NCBI RefSeq assembly: GCF_037042905.1
Contig: NC_087252.1
Span: 12,774,001 to 12,838,000 of the forward strand
DNA: 64,000 bases
Source: Lytechinus pictus
Lineage: Eukaryota
Direction of reading: 5' to 3'
Of the stretch, positions 54,215 through 64,000 are shown piece by piece. Made by a program: the position numbers and the translations under genes. Below the pieces are notes generated by a model, which ran no database searches, was not told the origin of the DNA, and saw nothing but the letters and a program-made list of their open reading frames with translations. Numbering within the stretch: the stretch's first letter is position 1; every line of letters begins with the position of its first letter.

Positions 54215-55262
54215 TTAACATACAAACACATATTTTGATGAATGACAAAATGTGTCTTCGCAGATTATTTTAGCTCAAAACCTACATTCCATGAGCATAT
54301 AGGCCAATGTCATAAAACGAAGAAGTAGTTCAATCCACATCATGGTGATTACACATTAATTGATTTGATATGCTGTTACTATGGCAACACATTTTCCAAT
54401 ATATGTCTTGCAGATCTATACCTCAAAATCAATGTGTGAGCCAACTTTTATAAGACTTTGTTGAAAACTAATAAAGGGGTTCAAACCACAAGATTTTCAC
54501 CTAATTTCATTATATAAAATGTTACCTTGGCAACACGATTTCTGATACAGACAAAAATCGTCTTGCCCATCTTCAACTCAAGACTAATGTGTGTGCCAAA
54601 TTTCTTGAGCATTGGTTGAAAAAAGATGAAGGAGTCCGAACTACAAGATTTTCACCTTATATTCGTTATATGATATGTTGTTACAATGGCAACACGATTT
54701 CTGATACAGGCAAAAATATGTCTTAGAGATCTTCAACTCAAGACTAATGGGTGTGCCAAATTTTTAGGAGAATTGACCAGTTGAAAACTGATAAAGTAAT
54801 TCAAATCAGAAGATTTTCATATAATTTTTGTTATTGTTACCATGGCAACACAATCTTTTATAAAGGCATAAAATATATTTTTCACATCAAGACTAATGTT
54901 TGTGCCAAATTTCATGAGAATTAATTAAAACCTGAGGAAGTAGTTGGAACTGCAAGATTTATACATAATTTTTGCCGTAATATGCTGTTACCATGGCAAC
55001 ACGATTTCCGACACATGCAAAAATGTGTCTTGCACAGTTTTTCCTCAAATTCAATGTGTGAGCCAATTTTCATGAGAATTGGTACAAAACTGATGAAGTA
55101 TTTTAAACGGCACAATTTTAGCCATTATATACTCTTACCATGGCAACACAATTTTTGAAAAAGCAAAAAAAAAAATCATCTCACACCTCCTTACCTTAAG
55201 ACCAATGTGTGTTCCTAATTTCATGAAAATCGGTTGAAAATTGACGAAGTAGCTCGAAATGC
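54215..55262. repeat. Diverged ~145-160-bp tandem repeat containing GTTACCATGGCAAC
   Basis: Motif variants near 54376, 54522, 54680, 54836, 54987 and 55136, each followed by a similar AATGTGTG(T/A)GCCAA block. Confidence 0.85.
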
Positions 55263-55507
55263 ACTATAGGTATAAATTCTAAGAATTTGTTGGATTTAAA
55301 CCAGGCTTAAACTACCCCCCTGCGCGAGTTTAACTTTTTGAGGATTTATTACCACTCTTAGACCAAGGTCAACTTAAACCTTACTATCGGAATACGAAAC
55401 TTAAACCTAGGTTTAAATATGGCAGTTTATTAACACACTTAGACCAGGGTTAAGTTTTAATGCGTTTTATGTGTTAAAGCAAAAATCGCATCATAATGAA
55501 TATCAAG

Positions 55508-55670
55508 ATGGAGGATGAGAAAAAAGGAAAGCCAATTTCACTGAAGGAGAGAAAATCACGTTGATAGCCGAAATAAGAGATAGGGAAGAAATCTCGAGAC
55601 CCAAGCTTAATTCATATCATATTTCAGAATAAATAAAAGACGTGGGCGGAAATTGCCTTGAAACTAAAAT
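55508..55670 (+). pseudogene. Myb/SANT-like DNA-binding domain remnant, probably PIF/Harbinger ORF1
   Basis: Manual translation gives RKANFTEGEKITLIAEIRDREEI ... KTWAEIALKL, with frameshifts. TTAAACC-GGTTTAA palindromic repeats lie upstream. Confidence 0.6.
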
Positions 55671-55729
55671 ACTTAGACAACTCACAACTGTCTTAAAGTT
55701 AGGGCTAATTTCTTAGCCATGTTGTATTT

Positions 55730-56535
55730 GAAGAGCTCACTTGCAAAAGGGGTTAGGTCTATTTTTCATCAAATTTGATTTTTTGGTCTCAATGTAAAGA
55801 TTTTTGATGATACCAAAGAAATGTTGAAATTCCTATTTAAAAGTGATCAAAAATGGCAAAGAAAAATCCCTTTTTTTCAAAAGGGGTTAGGTCCATTTCA
55901 GTTTATTTGCAAAAGGGATTAGGTCCACACCGAATTTTTTGGAAAAGAATATTTAAAAAAATATGAAGAAAGGTAGATTTCTGTTATACCCAATTTTATG
56001 TTGTCATGGTAGGGAATCTTGAAAATTTAGTTTCTCATAAGAATATGCAATATAGGAGAATAAAAAAAAATGATTTTCTTGGAGTGGACCTAACCCCTTT
56101 TTAAACAAACTCTTCTGAAGAGCTCATTTGTCTAAAGGGGTTAGGTCCATTGTTCATAAATTTTATTGTTTTCTGTCTCAAAACCTCTAAATTTTTAGTC
56201 GCTTTGATGAAACAAAGACAATTTGAAATTTACATGAAAACGTGAATAAAAGTGGCCAAGAAAAATCACTTTTTAATCAAAATAGATTGGATTCATTTCA
56301 GTTTACTTGCAAAAGGGGTTAGGTCCACAATGATAATTTTTAAAATAATTTATAGAAAAAATTGAAGACAGGTAGATTTCTTTTATACCCAATTTTATGT
56401 TCACATGATATGGTAGTACATCATGACAATTTAGTTTCTCATAAGAATATTGCAGTAAGTGAGATTAAAAAACATGATTTTTCTCAGAATGGTCCAAAGT
56501 GGACCTAAGCCCTTTTGCAACTAAAATCTTCATTT
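55730..56535. mobile_element. Second, inverted copy of the modular AAAAGGGGTTAGGTCC element
   Basis: Reverse complement aligns by eye with ~22515-23284. Confidence 0.8.
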
Positions 56536-56986
56536 ATGAAATACAGACTCTGCAAATTTAAGAAAAGTTACTTATCCATTCTTCCTATATCTGTCTTAGT
56601 CGCGCAAAATCTCTTAGCCAATTCTTTATGGAATTCGCGTTTTGGCTAAGCGTTTTGTCTTAGACCGAAAATAAGACAAAATGCTCAGATTTTTTACTTA
56701 AGCATGCTTATCTCGTTTAAGGAATACGGTTCCAGGGGAACAATTCATCTAAATTTTCATCCGACAGGTCTGACAACTTTCCTTGATTTTGATTGGCTGA
56801 GAAGCACTGTCACTATGTGAACTGTCGGATAAAACAGGACTCGGACTTGAACTCGGACTCGGTAATTTCAACTCGACAACAACACTGGTAAAAGTGATTA
56901 AAAATAAACATTTTCAGGTTAATAGACAAAAAATGGAAAAGTATGCTTGCACAGGCGATTTGTAACTTTTTTACCTATTAACAGGT

Positions 56987-57264
56987 TGTAGTGTTGTTGA
57001 AGTAACATAAGAGCCAACGAAGACAGGAGATATAATGAAATTCAGTCTTGACTCTCTGAATCCAGTTTAATGTCTGATTCAATAGTGTACATTTAGATGT
57101 GGCTTCACTCAAGCACGATAGTGCAATTCAATAGCTCAGCTTAAACATGTAAGATTACAATGTATGCAGTAACTACACCGGGTGGTGACCTGAATATCTT
57201 AACTGTTCATGCACAACATTACTTTGAATACATTTTAGTTGCATCAATGATTGTATACACAACA
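56987..57264 (-). mobile_element. 3' LTR of a Gypsy-like retrotransposon (278 bp)
   Basis: TG...CA ends with IR TGTTGTGT / TGTAGTGT. Polypurine tract AAGGGGGAGAA immediately upstream on the minus strand (57265-57275). Internal ATTAAA. Confidence 0.75.
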
Positions 57265-57664
57265 TTCTCCCCCTTGTCAAACTTGAACAGAGTATAGTGG
57301 TGACCATAACAACACAAAAAACTTCAAACTGATTATTCTATGAACAATATCTCTCCAAACTAAACACATTTTTTTTTTCTTCAATTTATCCAAATATAAA
57401 GCTCTCCAATCTATCCTATCTGATTAAAACATCTGGTTATTCCAATTTATCAATGTTATTTAGCTTTTTACAGTACACTCCTCACCAACTTACTACTATA
57501 GCAGTTTTTCAATGTTTATAATGAACGAAATGAATAATTTGCATTCAAGCAAACAATCTTTACATTATACCTCGTACAATTTTGAAATACTCAATTTCAC
57601 AAATTGTAGTTGTCTAAATTATATTATACGTCATGTATTTTTTTAAGTACTAATTTTTCAATTC

Positions 57665-58060
57665 TATTTTCAATATTACACATAATTTCTATTGTACTCA
57701 GGTTCTATTCTTATTACGAATACTACGTCTTGAATCTTGGTGCACTACCTCCTCCCCCTCTTCTACAGCATCTTGCCTCACTTCTAGTTTTTCTGGACTT
57801 TCTTGGCAAGGAGAAAAATGGAATGTATTCCATGTAATCCTATCTTCTAACTGATATGTTGCATTGTTCTTTTGTTTAACAATCTTCAAAGGTGAACCAA
57901 AATATACTTGCCCCTTATCAGTAGCGGACCGTGACCCGGAGGGGCACTGTATTGTTTGTGAACAATACTGTGCCCCCCCCCCCCCCCCCAATGCTTTGTT
58001 TCCTCCGGGTCACGGTCCACCACTGCCCCTTATGAACGTGTCAATGTTTTTGGACCCGAA
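57665..58060 (-). pseudogene. Gypsy pol (integrase C-terminal) remnant
   Basis: HKGQVYFGSPLKIVKQKNNATYQLEDRITWNTFHF ... RRSIRNK once the MITE is removed. Lies upstream of the PPT and LTR. Confidence 0.65.
57919..58025. mobile_element. 107-bp hAT-type MITE
   Basis: TIR CAGTAGCGGACCGTGACCCGGAGG / CCTCCGGGTCACGGTCCACCACTG. Perfect 8-bp TSD CCCCTTAT at 57911-57918 and 58026-58033. Confidence 0.92.
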
Positions 58061-58979
58061 CATTTAATAATTTTTCGTCAGAATCGAAAGATGGCCGTCA
58101 AGGTGGCGGCCAAATGAAACCCATGGGACAATATTTAATTTTCAGAACACCAAAATACAGTATATTCATTTAGTATACAACTCCAAGATTAAAAAGGTGT
58201 AGATTAGAAAAACTTATCAATAGGGTGAAAAGGGTGGTAAAGATAATGATAATATACATTAGTACATTCAAGTCTGTGAAATGCAGTAAAAAGGCTAAAT
58301 TTCTGAAAATTGAGTTTTCAAGTTTGAGACATTATAAATTTGTGAAAACAATGATATCAATTTGGAATTTCGCCCACTTATTAATTGTCTATTAGGAAAG
58401 TTTTCTAGAAAGTTTCAGGGCTATTCCTTTATTGTCCTTAGATTTATGGTAAATTATGCATTTCGAAAATTTACCATTTTGGGGGGGAAATGTCAAAAAT
58501 AAACTTTTCTTCTTAAAATCTCAGCCGAATTACCTTTTCATCACCTCTGAATACATGCATATCTAATTCTAAACCTCAGGAGCTCATTCCTATGACACTA
58601 CAATTTATATACATACATACATACATACAGGCCATCGGCCCGAGGGAGAATAGTACTATGTGATGTTCCTGAGTGCGAATAGTTAAAGCCTGTTCCGAGA
58701 ATGGGTCATTGTATATTTGTTTTATATTCCTTCCACTCATACCATTTTACAGCGAAACGATTTTTGATAAGTCGATATAGAACAATCGTTGAGAAGTTGA
58801 GAACAAAATAAGTCTTGCCGTATAGATCGTCTATTCAGCGAGCGCACCTGGTTAATGCAGCTCGCCGAAAGTTTCCCGTGGCATGCAGTGGAGAGTACCG
58901 TTTGGCTGAGCAGCGCTCTGCTTGCATCGCGCCGCACAGCTCGCAAATCGCGAGGTAGGGGGGGGGGTCAAAAAAACGT

Positions 58980-59015
58980 ATAGTTCATTTTTTCCCTAGG
59001 GAAAAAATGGACTAT
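58980..59015. repeat. Near-perfect palindrome centred on CCTAGG
   Basis: ATAGTTCATTTTTTCCCTAGGGAAAAAATGGACTAT. Probably part of an unclassified repeat. Confidence 0.7.
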
Positions 59016-60065
59016 GCGTGACGTCAGCAAGGAAAATGAACTATTTTACGGCAAACGTTTTGCGTAGTAAAACTATTCTTTTTCTCCTTGTGTACACTCT
59101 CAATACAACAGTCTTAAGTAAGGGATATAATTAGATATATTTCGCTGATATCCGTAAATCCCAATTTATATTTAAAGTAATAAAGCTTTTATATCGTCCA
59201 ATATCCAAGAACCACAAGGCGATGAAAATCACTTTTTTGACTAAAAAAGGAGTCTAGAAATGGGTACATTTCGGTAAGAATACCTTTAAACTCTACAAAT
59301 AGTGGTTTATATTTACTAATTTTAGGGGGAAAAGAATAACAAATTGCCTGCCACCAAAACATATGAATAGACACCAACACCGTAGAACCAGCAATTTGGG
59401 ATTTTGGCCAGGTACAATTTTTTTTTCAGACCAGAGACAAAACGTATTGCGATTTCATGTTGAGATAAGATTAAAGGAACAACCCCCCCCAAAAAAAAAA
59501 ATATATATATAAATAAATAAATAAATAAATAAATACACAGTAAAATCAAAATCATCCATTTACAGCCCACTCCTATTAATAAAAAAAAAATGAGCCAACA
59601 CAAACATGACAAGTTTGCAAATTTTACATTACAGCCATCATCTGGCTTTAGCTCCTTGCTTTTGTTACTTAAAGAAATGGCACTGCGTAGCCTAAAAAAA
59701 ATCTGAAATTAAATGTTTGGGTTGTGGTGGCAGCCTTTGTATGCGGAACACACACACCCTCACCCACACCCACATACACCATCACCCCGGTTGTCTAGAA
59801 AGGGTGCAGACACACCACTCCAATTCCGCGAACGCAGATGGTCGCCACAAGCTTAATTTTCTTGCGTTGCAAAACAGTCTGAAAAAAACGATGTATTTTT
59901 CGATCCTTTTGAAGGATGTAATCATTTAAATTTTATTTCAGTGTTCAGTAGATGAAAATTTACTGTCAATCAAAGTTAACAAACTTCTATCAAACAATAA
60001 GCCTACGCTGGTACACGGTGAATTCCTAATCGTTTTACCGATGCGTTTTCTCATTTATCGTGCAG

Positions 60066-60701
60066 TCTCCAGGTGCCACCATGCCTGTCTCTCTCAGTCT
60101 TTGGCGTGTCAGGATCGGCACGTTTATGCGTCGCAAGCAGAAAGCATATGACTACTTTTACTACCTGAGGAATTATGTTTATGGTCTTAAATTAATGGAA
60201 AAGGCTAAGAAAGCAGCTCAACACTCAAGAGAAAATAACAGAGGCAATTGCCACATCTCGTCTTTCAATGGCTATTCATCTGGTGAAAATGGCAAAACTG
60301 ATAACGCATCATGTCGACAACCTCCGCCTTCTAACGATGTAGACCCAAATCCCTCCCAAACTGAATTTCCAAGTGATCGTGAGGCTAAAAGTAGCAAAGT
60401 CGAAGCATGTTCTCAGATCAGTTACGTTGTGGACATTGGCTCTTCGTCTCATAATAAAAGTCCCGATCAGATCGCTCAGGATATGTCTTTGAGTACCAAG
60501 GACCGTACTCTTTCAACATGTTCAACCTGTTCAACAAAACAGGAATCCATTCTTGCCCCGGAACCTACCACGGCCTGTGACGTAGACGACGAGCTGGACC
60601 TGAGATACATAACCATTCATAGCGTATCACCTGTAAACTACAATTCAACTCAAACAAGTAAACCAGACCAACCAGACGGCACATCGGAGTCATACTCGCA
60701 G
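60066..60701 (+). CDS. Coding exon B (ATG at 60081, GCCACCATG context), paralogue of exon A
   Basis: CAG acceptor at 60063-60065. MPVSLSLWRVRIGTF start. Candidate phase-0 donor CAG|GTACAT at 60702; if unspliced, the frame stops at 60803. Confidence 0.7.
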
Positions 60702-61341
60702 GTACATGTAGCTAAATTCGTCATTGCTTATAAAGATGGCAGTAATCATGAGGAGACATCAAACCTTTTACTGTCGGGACAGTTGCAGATGACAATTTTT
60801 TGACTGGTTCTGAACCTTAACACATATCATTGAGCAGCAAGGCGTGAATTACATTTAGTAACTCTTTCTTAGCCCTTATTTATCATCTTTAAGAATGAAA
60901 ATGTAGCAAAAGTTTTAACCATGAAAAGAGATGTAATGTTCCATGCAAAAGTAATGTGTAATGATTCTTATAAAAGTAGGCCTACCTAACACGGTTAAAC
61001 TAGCCAATATAATGAAGAGAGATTGTGACGATTCTCTTTCTTAAAAATAAGCTTCTGATTTTAAACAATATTTTTTGTCAGATATTTTAAAATATCATTG
61101 GGTTACTGGTATTAACGCACTATTAGTAAATAATAATCAACAATAATAAACGGTTCATACATGTTAGTTCCGTTGTAATCATGTTTTGATAAATAAAAGC
61201 GCATAAGTTTCAGTGATAACCCCTAAAACAGAAAGTTATGAAATTGATAGAATTATAAGATACTGTTTGCAATGTAAATTGTCTGTAACCGGTGCTTCTT
61301 TGTTCTTCCTCTGCCCCCCCCCCCCCTCTTCATAATCGCAG

Positions 61342-61499
61342 GTCGCAGAACATCATGAAACACCAATCTTTCCAGGCAATATATCTTATTCACTCAGTGG
61401 AGAAGCAGATGAAATCAAGATGAAGTACAATGCTGTTGTGATCACTGTGCTCCTACTGATGTCTGGTGACGTGGAACCAAACCCGGGTCCAGATACCAA
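61342..61499 (+). CDS. Coding exon C with a 2A-like (StopGo) motif
   Basis: Strong pyrimidine tract plus CAG acceptor at 61339-61341. Phase-0 reading gives VAEHHETPIFPGNISYSLSGEADEIKMKYNAVVITVLLLMSGDVEPNPGPDT. Donor AA|GTGAGT at 61500. Confidence 0.88.
61468..61491 (+). other. 2A core motif D-V-E-P-N-P-G-P
   Basis: GAC GTG GAA CCA AAC CCG GGT CCA matches D(V/I)ExNPG|P and is preceded by a hydrophobic LLLMSG. Confidence 0.92.
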
Positions 61500-63389
61500 G
61501 TGAGTAGATTTAATTTAGGTCCTACAGTACCATAAATAATAGAGCGGATAAGCCGAACAATTGTGCAAATTATGACTACAGCATGAAACATTCACAAGTA
61601 TTAGTATATGCCGTAAGATTTATTTCAAAGATGGGAGGTAAATTCATAAATGCCATTTTCGGCCGTTGACATGGCTAGGGATTAATTTCTTCAAAGTAAC
61701 ATACGTTCCCATGTAAATGTTAAATAAACATGATATAGATGACCAAAATGATAATTTTCAGGCTCCCAATTGAATACATATAAAATTTAGAAATATTCAA
61801 GATCACCAAGATAGTTCCAATTGGTTCGTTGCCATGGCAACGGCTTGTTTTTCCCCAGAAAAAGAAAATTTGATTAAAAATACGTTGTAGAATATGATTT
61901 ATCTTTAATTTCCCCTAATTTTACAGTGCTTAACAAAAATATTTTGGTTGCTAAGTGTATAAATTACATTTTCAAGCTATTGCCATGGCAACCAAATAAA
62001 TTCTAATTTACAAAAATAACATGATTGACAAGACAATGGACAGGTGGAAAATGCAATTGGAATTGACTTTATCTGTTTTGCCCCCCTCATTTGAACAAAA
62101 AATACAGAATGTTATTTCCCCCTAGAAAGGTACAAATATTGATAAAAATGTAGAATACATGTATGATCATCATTCCATGTCCCCTTATTTTCAGGGTCTA
62201 ATTGAGATATGTTTGTGATTAAATTTATAAATATAACATCTAATTAGAAAAAAAAACATGGGTGACAAGGTCACGGTCAGGTGAAAAATACAATGAAAAT
62301 TTAATTAATGTACATGCGTATAAAGGTTTGACCTACTTAATTAATTTAGGAGAAATAATACAGTGAGTGTTCTGCATGAAGTAATTAGAATGATAAACAT
62401 TGATGTTGCCATGGTTATACTTGAATTCAACGATAAATATCAATGTTCCAAATGGCCTGTTACCATAGCAACGGCTCATTTATCCAAGAAAAGTGCCAGT
62501 TTTTATTTAAAAAAATGGACTGTATAATCAGATTTTCTTTCATTTTACCTAATTTTAGGGTAAGAATGGATCCATTGCTGATTTCAAGAATGCGCTATTA
62601 CATTCTAGTATAGTCCAATTATGTGCATCGGAATTCGAATAAGTCCCATCAGCGGGTACTCAAGGCTGAAAATAGTATGATTTGAACAGATAGAGTACGT
62701 GTCAAATTACAGAAAGAAGACGCCGAACATTTAAGTTAAATCAGACAAGGAATACTAAATTTGTGAAATTTCAAACTTTCTATTATTTCATGAATTTTTT
62801 TTTTTAGGTATTCATAGATTTAGTCATCGAATTTAATTCATCGAATTAGTAAGCTAATAAATATCGTGTTTCTATTTATCATCTTGTATATTTTTGCATG
62901 AAATTATATTTTTATTCAAATTCTGTCAACAAAAACTGAATAAAATTAGATTGGCAACTGATTTAAGGACGTTCCACAGTCCATGTCATTTTCACCAAAA
63001 ATTTGCAGAGAGTTACTTTGGTATGTATGCATCGTGAAATTGCAAAAAATAATATAGGTTCATGTGCTTATTTTTTCTACGGGACTTCAAATTCGCCGTA
63101 TTCAAATGTTATGAAATGTTGCGCAATCATTAGAATTGTGCCTCTCTTAGACCTCACGAATTCACAAAATGAGTTTAAATCATCTTTACTCAGTGGATAC
63201 CGCATCAAATTTTCAAGATATATAACAAAGTGTATACTAAAGTAAGAGGAAGTATTTTGATAAGTAAAAGTATGTCTACTTGGAGTCAGCAGTGCCCTAA
63301 TTTTTTGGCAAGAATAGTCCAAAAACTCGGAAAAAACAAATCTTCAAAGACGTGAATCTACTCAAAAATTAAAATATATTTTATAAGCT

Positions 63390-64000
63390 GCACTTCTTTC
63401 AAAATCCATTTCATTTTCATCAAACTCGGCTAAACTGTAAAGGAATGTATATAAAAGACGTTGCGAAGTTAAAATATCGGGTCCATGTGCTCGATTTTAG
63501 CTATCAGTGTCCAAAATGTTGCGAGTTGGCTTGAAAATCGCCGAAAATGCGCCGAAAACATGGAAAAGTCTAATAATACCGTCTTTAAAAATGCGAATGG
63601 CTCCGTAGTTTTGCTCCCAGATATTCAAAATCCATGTCATTTTCATCGTACTCTCTACATTTGAAGAGGAATATATTCTAAAGCCGTTAAAATATTAAAA
63701 ATATGGGGTCCAAGTGCTCGTTTTTAAGCTATCAGTGTCCAAATTGTTCTGAGTTGGCTTGAAAATCGCCTAAAATGCGCCGAAAACATGCAAAAGTCTC
63801 TTAATACCCTAAACAATGTAAATGGTTCAATATTTCACTCCCAATTAACATTCAAAATCCATATCATTTTCATCATACTCTCTAGATTTGTGGAGGAATA
63901 TATTTTAAAGCCGTTAAAATATAGAAAATATGGGATCCGTGTGCTCGTTTTTAAACTATGAGTGTCCAAAGTATTGGAAGTTGGCCTGAAAATATTGAAA
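63390..64000. repeat. ~227-bp tandem repeat running off the right edge
   Basis: CAAAATCCAT(N)TCATTTTCATC recurs near 63400, 63626 and 63854. Confidence 0.85.

Overview
AT-rich, repeat-dense eukaryotic (metazoan) DNA. The repeat families and the 2A exon suggest a marine invertebrate such as a sea urchin, but that is inference. Bases 1-21281 are a homogeneous tandem array of ~407-bp units, running off the left edge. I count 53 units, each carrying a 72-nt tRNA-like gene on the minus strand with a complete cloverleaf, A/B boxes and a T5-6 terminator. The 7-nt anticodon loop GTTCAAA places TCA at positions 34-36, so it would read UGA, yet it lacks tRNA-Sec architecture. The array ends in one inverted unit followed by (TA)n. 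Bases 22-59 kb are nested mobile-element debris: three decayed APE-RT LINEs, a P-like TIR element with an 8-bp TSD, a Helentron/DINE-like element, a foldback palindrome, three Tc1/mariner elements stacked in one (TA)n tract, a Gypsy 3' end with an LTR, hAT/Harbinger MITEs and minisatellites. Embedded on the plus strand are two paralogous phase-0 exons, both beginning MPVSLSxWRVRIGT (47904-48671 and 60066-60701). A third exon (61342-61499), missed by the ORF track, encodes an in-frame 2A/StopGo ribosome-skipping motif, LLLMSGDVEPNPGP. No downstream exon was recognised in the remaining ~2.5 kb.
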